From contig OZ242180.1 in the NCBI GenBank assembly GCA_965205485.1, forward strand, positions 2,688,001 to 2,752,000: DNA of 64,000 nt. The letters run 5' to 3'. A program made the translations under genes and the position numbers. Numbering within the stretch: the first letter of the stretch is position 1; each line of letters opens with the position of its first letter. Of this stretch, positions 10,683 to 23,145 are shown in pieces. This DNA comes from Candidatus Latescibacterota bacterium (GTDB lineage Bacteria; Latescibacterota; UBA2968; GCA-2709665). The notes below the pieces were generated by a model. The model was given only the letters and a program-made list of their open reading frames with translations. It was not told where the DNA came from and did no database searches.

Positions 10683-12047
10683 ATGCCATTTGTGAGACGC
10701 GGAAAACCAAGTATTGGGCTCTTCGCCTCGGTTCTTGTGGTCTTGTCAGCGTCGCGGATCTATCCGGAAACGGGCAACGACCTGCCGGCGGGCGGCCAGG
10801 ATGAGGTGAAGTTTCGTTCGATACAGGAAATCTTCGGAGGGGAGTGCTGCGCCCGGGACGCCGTTAAGGATATCGACGGGTTGGCGGCCGCCGGAAACAA
10901 CGACCCTGAGGGCATCTGGTCCGACGGCACGACAATGTGGGTGGCAGACAAAGATGACGAGAAGCTGTATGCCTATGACCTGGCTTCCGGCGCGCGCGCA
11001 GCCAACAAGGACTTCGATACGCTGGCGGCCGCCGGAAACCGAAACCCCGAGGGCATCTGGTCCGACGGAGCGACGATGTGGGTGGCAGACGACCCGTGGT
11101 TCGGAGAGAAAGTCTATGCCTACGACATGTCGACAGGAGCCCGGAACGCAGACAAGGACATCAACTTGCTGGAGCGTAACGGAAACGACAACCCGGAGGG
11201 TATCTGGTCGAACGACACGACAATGTGGGTGGCAGATTACACGGACGCCAGGTTGTATGCCTATGACATGGAACTCGAGGTCGCAGATATCGGCAAGGAC
11301 GTCAGTGCCCTCGATGGCGCAGGGAATAACCACCCACGGGGTATCTGGTCCGACGGCACGACGATGTGGGTGGCGGACTACGCCGATGCGAAGATCTACG
11401 CGTACAATCTGACGCACTATGGCCGGAACCCCTTTCAGGACGTCAATTCGCTGAATGCCGCGGGGAACAGCCACCCCGTCGGGATCTGGTCCAACGGCAC
11501 GACGATGTGGGTGGCCGACGACGTGGACAAGAAGCTGTATGCCTATGACCTCACGCTCCGCACGGACGCGCCGGCCATCCTCTCGGTGACAGCCGGTACC
11601 GGCTCGCTCACTTTGTCGTGGCGCGTACCTCCGATCGAAACCGGCACAGTGGTCATTACCGGCTACGACGTTCGCTACATTCGCAGCGACGCCCCGGACA
11701 AGGCCGAAGCCAACTGGACCGTATTGAGGTATGTCCGGACAACCGGTTCCGGCACGCTGACGTACGAGGTGACCGGGTTGGCAAGCGGCGCCCGGTACGA
11801 CCTGCAGTTGCGTGCGGTCACCAACAGGGGACCCGGTTCGTGGTCGGCCGCACGTAACGGAACACCGCTGGTACAAGGTCAAGGTCAGGCCTCAACCGAC
11901 TTCAACGGCGACGGCCGGATCGATTTCGTGGATTTCTTCCTCTTTGCCGATGCATATGGCAGCACCAACGCCAAATTCGACCTGGATGGCAACGGCACGG
12001 TGGATTTCGCGGATTTCTTCAAGTTTGTGGATGCGTTTGGCTCGTAG
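10683..12047 (+). CDS. Secreted GIWSDGTTMWVAD-repeat protein + FN3 + dockerin-like tail
   Basis: Same architecture as 1408..2754; start uncertain (10563-10692). Confidence 0.8.
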   Translation: MPFVRRGKPSIGLFASVLVVLSASRIYPETGNDLPAGGQDEVKFRSIQEIFGGECCARDAVKDIDGLAAAGNNDPEGIWSDGTTMWVADKDDEKLYAYDLASGARAANKDFDTLAAAGNRNPEGIWSDGATMWVADDPWFGEKVYAYDMSTGARNADKDINLLERNGNDNPEGIWSNDTTMWVADYTDARLYAYDMELEVADIGKDVSALDGAGNNHPRGIWSDGTTMWVADYADAKIYAYNLTHYGRNPFQDVNSLNAAGNSHPVGIWSNGTTMWVADDVDKKLYAYDLTLRTDAPAILSVTAGTGSLTLSWRVPPIETGTVVITGYDVRYIRSDAPDKAEANWTVLRYVRTTGSGTLTYEVTGLASGARYDLQLRAVTNRGPGSWSAARNGTPLVQGQGQASTDFNGDGRIDFVDFFLFADAYGSTNAKFDLDGNGTVDFADFFKFVDAFGS

Positions 12048-12066
12048 GATAAGGTGCGCCTCCGAG

Positions 12067-12141
12067 TTGGCGCCATCGGATTTTCTGGCGCGGGCCGGGT
12101 TTGAAACCGTAACGAACGTCACCGGGCGGAAATTCGCCATA
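12067..12141 (+). pseudogene. Remnant of a cohesin-like domain
   Basis: Translates as LAPSDFLARAGFETVTNVTGRKFAI versus LAPSGFLARAEFETISDVTGREFSI in 3907..6261; no start codon. Confidence 0.75.
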
Positions 12142-12154
12142 CAGGGAGGAGTGC

Positions 12155-13132
12155 ATGGAATACGTCAATTTCGGCCATTCCGGCCTGAAGGTGTCGCGCC
12201 TGGCATACGGATTGGGCCTGCGCGGGCAGGGCGACGTCGACGAGGCGGAACGCGTCATCGAACGGGGCATCGAGCTTGGCATCAACTTCATCGACTGCGC
12301 CAACGTCTACGGCCTCGGGGACGCCTACGAGACCCGCGGCACGTCGGAGCAGCTACTCGCGCGCGTTCTCACGCGGCACCGCGACGACCTTGTGGTTACC
12401 TCGAAGGTCGCCAGCCGCATCGGCGAGGGGCCGAACGACGCCGGTCTGTCGCGCTATCACATCATGCGGGAGATCGACCGCACCCTTGCCCGCCTCCAGA
12501 CCGATCACATTGATATCTACATCCTGCACGTGTACGACGAGGAGACGCCCCTCGAGGAGACCCTGCGCGCCCTCGACGACGTGGTGCGCGCAGGCAAGAC
12601 GCGCTACGTGGGCGTTTCCAACTTCCAGGCCTGGCAGGTACTCAAGGCGTTGTGGACGCAGGACCGCCTCGGGCTCGATCCCCTTATATGCATCCAGAAC
12701 CCCTACAACCTCCTCAACCGCGAGCTCGAGCTTGAGATGTGGCCGGCACAGCGCGACCAGAGGTTCGGGGTCATGACCTACAGTCCCTTGGGGGTGGGCC
12801 TCCTTTCCGGCGTGTACACCCCCGGAAAGCCGCCGCCCGAAGGCACCCTTTACGCAAGGGGCCGCGCCCAAGCCCTGGAGAAAGATCTCAACGCGGCGGC
12901 GGGCCGGACCCTGGAAATCCTGCGGAGGATCGCCGGCGCCCACGGCCGCACCGTGGCGCAGACGGCGATCAACTGGGTGCTCTCCCACCCGGAGGTGACG
13001 GCCGCGATCACCGGCGGCGACACGGTGGCTCACATGGAAGAGAACGCAGGCGCCGTAGGCTGGTCGATCACGCAGGAGGACCGGGCCCTTCTCGACGAGG
13101 CGTCGGCCGGCCAGGACCGCGTCCTGGACTAA
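12155..13132 (+). CDS. Aldo/keto reductase
   Basis: GLKVS, GINFIDCANVY, SK, IDIYILH, YVGVSN, YSPLG motifs. Confidence 0.95.
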   Translation: MEYVNFGHSGLKVSRLAYGLGLRGQGDVDEAERVIERGIELGINFIDCANVYGLGDAYETRGTSEQLLARVLTRHRDDLVVTSKVASRIGEGPNDAGLSRYHIMREIDRTLARLQTDHIDIYILHVYDEETPLEETLRALDDVVRAGKTRYVGVSNFQAWQVLKALWTQDRLGLDPLICIQNPYNLLNRELELEMWPAQRDQRFGVMTYSPLGVGLLSGVYTPGKPPPEGTLYARGRAQALEKDLNAAAGRTLEILRRIAGAHGRTVAQTAINWVLSHPEVTAAITGGDTVAHMEENAGAVGWSITQEDRALLDEASAGQDRVLD

Positions 13133-13310
13133 CCGTATTTCGCCCGGCGTCCGCCCTCCGGCCGATTTGACTGGACCGCCCCTCCCGTGTCGGGAGGTGG
13201 CGCCGTTAACGCGGATCCTCGAACAAACATGTATCCATTTTACGTAGAAGTCACATTGTGAGAATCTAACGTTGCTAATTCTCCACAACATCGTAGAAAG
13301 GAGTCCGGCA

Positions 13311-14978
13311 ATGGTCAATTTCACCCGTTTACTGTGTGTCGCTCTGTGTCTTTGCGCGAGCGGCGACGTGTTTGGTAACAAGGTCTCGGGGCGTCTGGGA
13401 AAGGAGTTGGAGAAGACATTGAAGGGCCGAAACCTGATTCTCCGGGGCAGCATCCATCAGAATCCCATGACGTACTACGAGTACGGCGGCAATGTCTACT
13501 ATTTCCAGCATTCCCGGAAGTATCCGGTCCTGTTTCGCATTGAAAGGGACGAACCGGTGGTAATCAGGTCTGTCAAAGTGCGTGACGATGAGCTCAGAAT
13601 CGAGCTCAGGAGTGCGCGGCTTGGGAAGGGGTTGGTGACGTTTTCAGCGCCACTGCATTCGCCGCCCCTGAATCGGGCGGCCTTTGACGCGGGATTCGCG
13701 CTGTGTTTCAGCACAGGCGAGGAGACCGAGGCCCTCCCGAATCTGATCGGCAACACGAGCAGTAAGGTGTATCACGTGGCTTCGTCCAATCATCTGCCCG
13801 ATGCGGACAAACGACAGGCCTATCACACACACGCCGAAGCGGAAGGCGCGGGCATGCGGGCGTGCAAGCTGTGTTTCCTGCGTATGCCCCTTGTAAGTGA
13901 CTATGCGACCGAGCGAACGTTGGCGCTCTATGCGTCGCAGCAGATTCAAAGCATGGGACAGTTGGCGACGGATGACGCCGTTCAACTGCGCGCGCGGGAG
14001 ATCGGCCAGCGGGTGCTGGACAACTGGCCGGTTCCCCTGCAGGGGTACAAGTACCGGTTTTCGGTGATGGAGGACGACGAGGTCAATGCCTATGCCCTGC
14101 CCACCGGATTCGTGTTCGTCAACCGAGGCCTCCTGGAGGCGGCGGAAAGCGATCTGGAAATCGAGGGCGTGATCGCCCACGAAATCGCGCACGTCGAACG
14201 CCGGCACAGCTACAGGATCTATCGAAACGAGAAGAAGAAGCAGATGATTTCGGCGGCCGCGGGCGTTCTTGTGGGCGTGCTGACCGGGAAAAAATCAAAG
14301 GAAGACAAAGTGGAAAAAGCGGTGATCTTCGGTGGATTGGCATACAACCTGGTCAAGGCGGCGACAGACGTATTCTACGAAGGATATCCGCGGTCGATGG
14401 AGGAAGAGGCCGACGCCATGGCGGCCTTATACCTCGAAAGGCAATACGGCGGCGAGGGGCTCGCCGAAATGACGCGTGTTTTGAAGAAATTGCGGTATTA
14501 CACGGATTACGTCGGGGTCGATCAGAAGAATATGCGGGCGTTTCGATCGCACCCGCTGCTGGACGATCGCATCGCGGCCTTTACCGGATCCAGGGTCGAG
14601 GTGTTCGACAATCCGGTGCGCGTGGTTGGCCGCAACAAGCGCGGGGATGAAGTCGTAACCCTTGAAATGTCGTGCCAGCGGTGGACGACGTCGGCTGTCG
14701 CCAGCCGTTACGCTCTGGACCCGACACAGATTCTGGGCAAGGCATACGCCACCGCCGACATCGGCAAACCCCGCAAGTTCAAGGACATTGTCTTTACGAC
14801 ATTAGCAGGACGAAAGATCAAGCTGGACAACAAGGAAGATTCGCTCATCGGTCCGTATGAAGATCAGGGTTTTCTTCTGCGCGGGAATCTGCCGGTCAAG
14901 CTGGATGAACTGGATGTGAAAGACGTACGGGTCAACCTCGACGGCGCGAAACTGAAATGGCATCTGGAAACAGAGTGA
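13311..14978 (+). CDS. M48-family metallopeptidase with Ada-like metal-binding insert
   Basis: NAYALPTG, HEIAH, EEEAD, SHP motifs; GNTSSKVYH...AEAEGAGMRACKLC. Confidence 0.85.
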   Translation: MVNFTRLLCVALCLCASGDVFGNKVSGRLGKELEKTLKGRNLILRGSIHQNPMTYYEYGGNVYYFQHSRKYPVLFRIERDEPVVIRSVKVRDDELRIELRSARLGKGLVTFSAPLHSPPLNRAAFDAGFALCFSTGEETEALPNLIGNTSSKVYHVASSNHLPDADKRQAYHTHAEAEGAGMRACKLCFLRMPLVSDYATERTLALYASQQIQSMGQLATDDAVQLRAREIGQRVLDNWPVPLQGYKYRFSVMEDDEVNAYALPTGFVFVNRGLLEAAESDLEIEGVIAHEIAHVERRHSYRIYRNEKKKQMISAAAGVLVGVLTGKKSKEDKVEKAVIFGGLAYNLVKAATDVFYEGYPRSMEEEADAMAALYLERQYGGEGLAEMTRVLKKLRYYTDYVGVDQKNMRAFRSHPLLDDRIAAFTGSRVEVFDNPVRVVGRNKRGDEVVTLEMSCQRWTTSAVASRYALDPTQILGKAYATADIGKPRKFKDIVFTTLAGRKIKLDNKEDSLIGPYEDQGFLLRGNLPVKLDELDVKDVRVNLDGAKLKWHLETE

Positions 14979-15161
14979 GCGGGATTCGAACTGCATTTCG
15001 GCTGGAGTCACCGTCAAGCGACGGTACCGCAGATTGGCACGTGCGCTGCAGGATCATGCGTTGCCACAGATAGGCATCGGGCCACATGCAGCCGTGGTGA
15101 CCCTCCATAACTTTTCGCGGGGCGGGGACACCCGGTCTTTCACGGATCAAGATCGATATCC

Positions 15162-17663
15162 ATGAAACCTCTTGTTTTTCATTCCGCTCTGTTTGTGATC
15201 ATCGGTTGTCTCCTTTCGGCGATGCAGGTTGCCAATGCGTCGCCGGTTCTTCCCGACAGTGTTCATTTCTGCGCCTTCTACGAATACGAGCAGTCGCGGG
15301 GTGATCATCCCCATCCTGCGGCCAAGCTGCCGGCGAATCTGGACGTTGGCGAACCCCGCACGGTGCGATTGATCCTCTTTATGCCTAGCGATCGTCCGTA
15401 TCGCGTCGGGTTGGTCGATTCGATAAAGACGGCCATCGTGCAGAGTCAAGCGTTCTTTGGCGAGCAGATGCAAGCGCACGGTTACGGATACATGACCTTC
15501 CAATACGAAACTGATACGCAGGGCGAACCTCTCGTGCATCTCGTCAATGGACAACACCCTGAGAGCCACTATTTCGAAAAGACCCCAGGCGTCCAGCATG
15601 CCTTGTGGGAGAGAGAAATCGAGCAAGTCTTCGATGTTGAAGAGAACGTCTACGTCTACTTTAGAGATATCACCAGGCACACCGGATCTGCCACAGGATA
15701 CAGGTGGACGAAAAAGCGAGGGCGCGCGAACTTGCCTGCGCGGGCAGCGGAATGGGGCGTCTTGTCCCACGAATTGTCTCACGCCTTCGGCCTCGGACAC
15801 GACTATCGCGACGGTGCGTATATCCTGTCCTACGGTGGCCCGAGCAATTATCCGGGCGGGAGCACTTGGAATCGCATCTCCGCGTGTGCTGCCGAATTCT
15901 ATTCCGTAAATCCATACTTCAATTCGGCGGTCCCGATAGACGAGTTTTCCCTTCCGAACATCAATCTCATTTCGCCAACCGAATACCCGGGCGGCTCAAA
16001 AAGCGTCTCTATCAGGCTCGAAGTCAGCGATGCGGAGGGACTTCATCAGGTGTTGCTGTCCGGACACCCTGGTTGGGGATACGGAGGGATAAGGGAGTGT
16101 CAAACGCTCTCGGGACAAAGGAAAGTCCTAGTCGAATTCGAGTATGACGGATCGTCGATGTTCGCAGATCCACAACGCGCGATAACCAGCCTTTCTGACT
16201 CTCTCCATCGTGTGGAAGTCCAGGCGGTTGACACGGACGGAAACATGAGTGAGCTAAAGTTCGACCTCGTACCTGATCGGGTTCCCGATGCCCTCAAAGG
16301 GCATACCGACTCTGTCAACGCGGTCGCGTTTTCCTCAGATGGGGCGACCCTGGCATCCGGATCGTCGGATGGAACCGTCAGGTTGTGGGATGTGGCGCGA
16401 CGTGAGCTGCTTGGGATCCTCAGAGGGCATTCATTTCCGGTCATGGCGGTTGCCTTTTCCAACGACGGGACCCTCGTCTCCGGCTCATCATATGATATCA
16501 AGCTGTGGGACATGACCACGAGAAACGAGATCGCCACCCTGGTTGGGATAGCGCCGGTGGCGTTTTCCCCCGATGGGACTCTGCTTGCATCCGGGTCCGG
16601 GAACAACATGATAGCGCTTTGGGACGCAAGGTCCCGGAAAAAGATCGCAACTCTTGAAGGTCATGCGGGACAGATCAACACGGTCGCGTTTTCCCCCGAT
16701 GGATCGATGCTTGCCTCGGGGTCGGGGCACAATGGCTCAGGTGAACAGACGGTCCGGTTGTGGGACGTGGCAAGCCGGAATGAGATCGCCTCGATAGAAC
16801 ATGCCGGCACGGTCCGGACGGTGGTGTTTTCCCCGATTGGCCGCATTCTCGCGTCCGCAGCAGGACCGCCGGCAAATGCGGTTCGATTGTGGGATGTTCG
16901 GTCACGCAGAGAGGTCGCCAGGCTCTGGCCCCGGGGACCGTTCCTGTCGCTGGCATATTCTCCCGGAGGGGAACTCTTGGCATCCGGATCCGGCGATGGG
17001 AAGATAAGGCTATGGGATGCTTTGTCCCGAGAGCTGATCGGCACCTTCCTGGCGGTTCAGCCCAGACGACCATTCGATGGCGGCGTTCGCTCGTTGGCGT
17101 ATTCCCCAGATGGTACAGTTCTCGCGGCCGGCTTGCGTGATCATACCATAAAGCTGCGGGACGTGTCGGAGTGGACGGGGCCCCGTCCCGCCGCCCTTGA
17201 GATCATCTCCGGCAACGGCCAGCAGGGGGCGCCTGGCGACACCTTGATCCAGCCCATGATGATTGAAGTACGGGATCAGTTCGGCGCTCCGCTGACCAAT
17301 GCGGAGGTCACCTTCACTGTCACGACCGGGGACGGAACGCTGTCAGTTTCCAGAGCTACCACAGACGAGGCCGGCCGTGCCGCCACAACCCTGACGCTGG
17401 GACGCCAGCCAGGGACCAACACCGTAGTCGCAACGGTTTCAGATATCGATCCGGTGACCTTCACCGCCATTGGCAGGGCTCACGCCGACTTCGATGGCGA
17501 CGGGACGGTCGGTTTCGGCGACTTTCTGCTGTTCGCCGCCGCCTTCGGGCGAAGCCAAGGCGATGCCGGATACAATGCGCAATTCGACCTGGACGGGAAC
17601 GGCGCCATCGGGTTCAGCGATTTTCTCATCTTTGCCGTCGCGTTTGGCACGAGCACCGCGTGA
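15162..17663 (+). CDS. Metzincin peptidase + WD40 + Big_1 Ig-like + dockerin-like tail
   Basis: HELSHAFGLGH; WD40 repeats; SGNGQQG...VRDQFG Ig domain; N-terminal half paralogous to 6333..10541. Confidence 0.85.
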   Translation: MKPLVFHSALFVIIGCLLSAMQVANASPVLPDSVHFCAFYEYEQSRGDHPHPAAKLPANLDVGEPRTVRLILFMPSDRPYRVGLVDSIKTAIVQSQAFFGEQMQAHGYGYMTFQYETDTQGEPLVHLVNGQHPESHYFEKTPGVQHALWEREIEQVFDVEENVYVYFRDITRHTGSATGYRWTKKRGRANLPARAAEWGVLSHELSHAFGLGHDYRDGAYILSYGGPSNYPGGSTWNRISACAAEFYSVNPYFNSAVPIDEFSLPNINLISPTEYPGGSKSVSIRLEVSDAEGLHQVLLSGHPGWGYGGIRECQTLSGQRKVLVEFEYDGSSMFADPQRAITSLSDSLHRVEVQAVDTDGNMSELKFDLVPDRVPDALKGHTDSVNAVAFSSDGATLASGSSDGTVRLWDVARRELLGILRGHSFPVMAVAFSNDGTLVSGSSYDIKLWDMTTRNEIATLVGIAPVAFSPDGTLLASGSGNNMIALWDARSRKKIATLEGHAGQINTVAFSPDGSMLASGSGHNGSGEQTVRLWDVASRNEIASIEHAGTVRTVVFSPIGRILASAAGPPANAVRLWDVRSRREVARLWPRGPFLSLAYSPGGELLASGSGDGKIRLWDALSRELIGTFLAVQPRRPFDGGVRSLAYSPDGTVLAAGLRDHTIKLRDVSEWTGPRPAALEIISGNGQQGAPGDTLIQPMMIEVRDQFGAPLTNAEVTFTVTTGDGTLSVSRATTDEAGRAATTLTLGRQPGTNTVVATVSDIDPVTFTAIGRAHADFDGDGTVGFGDFLLFAAAFGRSQGDAGYNAQFDLDGNGAIGFSDFLIFAVAFGTSTA

Positions 17664-17787
17664 ACCGAAAGATCCTTATTTGGAGAAAGGAGGACCAAAA
17701 AGAGAGATTGCGACACCAGACGTGGAGGGAATAATCATCCGCCGGGGTTCGTCTCAATGAAACCATCATTAAAATGGAGTCGTATCC

Positions 17788-18450
17788 ATGAAACAGCTGT
17801 GGAGAAATATCCTCATAAGCGCACTGACGTTGGCAGCCATCAACCTCCCCTCCGACATACCGGCCCAGACCACGCTTGCCATTCGAGGCGGCTTGAGCCG
17901 GGCGACTTTGAGTGGTGTGCCAACGGAAGGCGTGCCCGAATCGGCATTGAAAGCCCGCACCGGCCTTGCTTTGGGTGCTTCAGCGACATTCCCGGTTCAG
18001 CACAATTTCGGCCTTCGACTCGACGGCGGCTACGTGCAGAAAGGGTACCGTGCCGAAGCACAGGGATTGGAAGGGAATCTCTATATTGACTACATCGAGT
18101 TGTCGGGCCTTGGGTCCGTCAATCTCACGCCGTCCGGAAGTTCGGCTACAGCGAACCTGCTCGTCGGCCCGTCGTTCGCGTTCAAGACCGGGTGTGAAAC
18201 GTCTGCTACGGTCAGCCTGGGCGGCGAAACCCGCAATGTCTCTGAGTCATGCGGAGAAGATGTCAAGGGTATCGATCTGGGACTTACGGGAGGGATCGGC
18301 GCGGAAATTGCCGTATCCGAGCAGATGACGTTGGCCGTGGATTTGCGCTACACGCTGGGGCTTCTGTCGATTGACGAGACGGGCGAGGATGACGTCAAGA
18401 ACCGTAACCTCACGCTTCAGGTCGGCGTCGGCTTTCCCATCGGAGAATAG
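17788..18450 (+). CDS. Outer-membrane beta-barrel (porin/PorT-like family)
   Basis: Signal peptide; alternating beta strands; YVQKG, GPSFAF, LRYTLGL; terminal GFPI. Confidence 0.85.
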   Translation: MKQLWRNILISALTLAAINLPSDIPAQTTLAIRGGLSRATLSGVPTEGVPESALKARTGLALGASATFPVQHNFGLRLDGGYVQKGYRAEAQGLEGNLYIDYIELSGLGSVNLTPSGSSATANLLVGPSFAFKTGCETSATVSLGGETRNVSESCGEDVKGIDLGLTGGIGAEIAVSEQMTLAVDLRYTLGLLSIDETGEDDVKNRNLTLQVGVGFPIGE

Positions 18451-18563
18451 GGAATAACCGTTCGAAGCTGGCAATGTCCATGAACAGATCGTGCGACCGA
18501 AACATCCGGTCGCACGATTTTTTTTCCTGTGCGAATGTCGGTGTTCGCAGGGATGCAGTGCGA

Positions 18564-19835
18564 CTACCCGCCAAGAATCGGGCCGAGGGTGGCGAGGATT
18601 TTCTTCCCTCCGGTATATCCGAAGAACACGAGGGTGGCAACGAGGACGGCGTTGATGACGGGATGGCTCTTGAAGCCCGGTCCCACCCAGTCCGTTCTGT
18701 TGTTCATCAGCAGCAGGGTGAGCGCGACCAGGGGCAGGAAGAACGAACCCAGAACGGCATAGGTGAGCTGGACTTCGGCCACCGAGCCCCACAACAGCAC
18801 GAGGGGTACAATCGCGAGGCCGACCAGGTACGCACGGTAGGGAGCAGATCTCCGGATGTCCGATTTCTGAAAGGCTTCGGGAGAGACCCCTTTACGCAGC
18901 GCAAGGAAATTCGCGAACATGTACGGATCGCTCTGCCAGACGCCGAGCAGGCTGGAAAAGACCGCGCCCCAGAAGCCCAGCAGGAAAGCCCACTTACCCG
19001 GCGCACCGAGCGCCAGCTCGAGCTGGCTTGAGAGGATGAGGGCCAGCGACGCCCCCTTCCCGTCCAGCGCGACCCGCGAACCGATGATGATCATCGCAAC
19101 GCCGAACAGCGCGGTGACGGTGTACCCGACCGCCAGGTCGATACGGCAGGATGTCACGCCCTCCCGGCCCTGCCTGCCGGTCTCTCGGATCCAGTACCCG
19201 TAGGACAGGAGGGTAACCGTACCGCCGACGCCTCCCAGGACGCCGAGGGTCCAGCCCACGCCGCCGGTCGGGATGGCGGGAAAGAACAGGCCTCTGGCGA
19301 GAGCGTTCCAGTCCGGTCCGAGCAGCAGGGCCGTCAAGAGGACCGTAACGAACATCAATCCGATGCAGGCCGACATCAGAACTTCAAATACGCGGAACCC
19401 GCCGATCCAGACCAGGGACAGGCCGACCAGGGAGTGGATGATGCCCCATGCAATCTTGGACGTGGCCGGATCGCCGATGGGAAGCAAGCCGGTGCCCGCC
19501 ACGCCGCAGGCGGTGACCAGCGCGCCGCCCACCGAGAAGCTCCAGATGATGAGGTAGACAATGAATACCCATTGTACCCAGGCGCCGAGCCGGTGGACCC
19601 AGCCTTCCAGCATCGTGGTACCGGTTGCCATCTGCCAGCGGGCGATACCCTCGTTCAGGGTCCATTTGAGCAGCGCGCCGATCACGGCTGCCCACGCAAG
19701 GCCAACGCCGATCTTCGATCCGGCGAGGCTGGCTGTGAGCAGGTCTCCCGCACCGACGCCGGTGGCGGCCATCAGAATGCCGGGAAGAATGAGAGCGGGT
19801 CTGAAACGCACGAGAAATCCGAGTTTCGGGTTCAA
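18564..19835 (-). CDS. Nramp-family divalent metal transporter
   Basis: PGILMAATGVGAGD motif; about 11 TM helices. Confidence 0.85.
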   Translation of the reverse strand: MNPKLGFLVRFRPALILPGILMAATGVGAGDLLTASLAGSKIGVGLAWAAVIGALLKWTLNEGIARWQMATGTTMLEGWVHRLGAWVQWVFIVYLIIWSFSVGGALVTACGVAGTGLLPIGDPATSKIAWGIIHSLVGLSLVWIGGFRVFEVLMSACIGLMFVTVLLTALLLGPDWNALARGLFFPAIPTGGVGWTLGVLGGVGGTVTLLSYGYWIRETGRQGREGVTSCRIDLAVGYTVTALFGVAMIIIGSRVALDGKGASLALILSSQLELALGAPGKWAFLLGFWGAVFSSLLGVWQSDPYMFANFLALRKGVSPEAFQKSDIRRSAPYRAYLVGLAIVPLVLLWGSVAEVQLTYAVLGSFFLPLVALTLLLMNNRTDWVGPGFKSHPVINAVLVATLVFFGYTGGKKILATLGPILGG

Positions 19836-19934
19836 AAGAAACGGCGAACAGTTGGCGGTCTTATAACAGCATCTAAATAAGGTGGCGCAGGGAACCCGTC
19901 AAGGAAAAAACGCGGGCTTTCAGCGAATTGGCGC

Positions 19935-19963
19935 TTGACACACTGCCGGCGGATTTCTATAAT
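19935..19963 (+). promoter_or_regulatory. Consensus sigma70 promoter for the TPR-eno-YkgJ operon
   Basis: TTGACA-17 nt-TATAAT. Confidence 0.85.
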
Positions 19964-20030
19964 TCATCCTCTTCCCGGAGACAATGTCGTGATGGTCATC
20001 AAAGAATCGATAATACGGGGGCGCACGGCA

Positions 20031-22357
<2,327 letters not shown>

Positions 22358-22368
22358 GGTCATCAATT

Positions 22369-23103
22369 TTGAAAACGCCGTTTTTACAGATTGAGCCATC
22401 GCGTGAGCCACGGAGGCTCCCGGAACCGGAACGCCGGCGACTCCAGGCGGTCTACGACCAGGTTCCGGCCGTTTCGTGCCACTGCGACCGGTTGGGACAG
22501 TGCTGTGAACTCACCAATGAGGAAATGGAAGCGGATTTTGCGACCATGTATCCGTTGTATTCAGTCGAGTACTTCAACATCGTCGACTACGTGCAGGACC
22601 ACTTCGAGGTCGGACGACGCGATGCCGTACTGGCTTTGACGGAAGAACGGCCTGCGCGATGCCCGTTTCTGACCGATTCCGGCGGGTGTTCGATTTATCC
22701 GGTTCGGCCGCTGGTCTGCCGCACCTACGGGGTGTTGAGCCGGGAAGCCGTCGAGGAGACGGCGCGCGACGCCCGCGGGGAGGTTTCCCCGCAGTGGGTC
22801 TCTTCCTTTCTGTTTACGGAACGCCATACGGTCTGTCCCCACACCCGCATCGTGGCTCCTGAAGCGCTGGCCGCGCATGCACAGAATATGGTTCGATTCA
22901 ACTACGAGCGGGAATTGCTGAAACTGGGCGAAGATACAGAGCGGCCGGAGAAAGCCCGTGCAGCCCTATTGACGTCCGTGGCCGGACTGAAGCGGGTTAC
23001 ACGATGGACCTGGGGAGGATACAACGTTCTGATGAGGTCGCCATTGGCGTGGCTCAAGCGAAACTTCGCAGGATATTGGCGCCGGTGTGCGCTTGCGGAG
23101 TAG
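22369..23103 (+). CDS. YkgJ-family cysteine-cluster protein
   Basis: CHC..GQCC; CPFL..GCSIYPVRPLVCR. Confidence 0.85.
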   Translation: MKTPFLQIEPSREPRRLPEPERRRLQAVYDQVPAVSCHCDRLGQCCELTNEEMEADFATMYPLYSVEYFNIVDYVQDHFEVGRRDAVLALTEERPARCPFLTDSGGCSIYPVRPLVCRTYGVLSREAVEETARDARGEVSPQWVSSFLFTERHTVCPHTRIVAPEALAAHAQNMVRFNYERELLKLGEDTERPEKARAALLTSVAGLKRVTRWTWGGYNVLMRSPLAWLKRNFAGYWRRCALAE

Positions 23104-23145
23104 CGTGAGGCTTATCCGGGACGGGGTGAATTGCGGGTTTGCCGC

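Noticed and set aside
14965..14995. GTTCGAATCCCGC on the minus strand, like a tRNA T-loop or att site
   Set aside because: The T-stem does not pair, there is no cloverleaf and no integrase nearby
19935..20030. Track start of the TPR gene at TTG 19935
   Set aside because: That TTG is the -35 box of a consensus promoter
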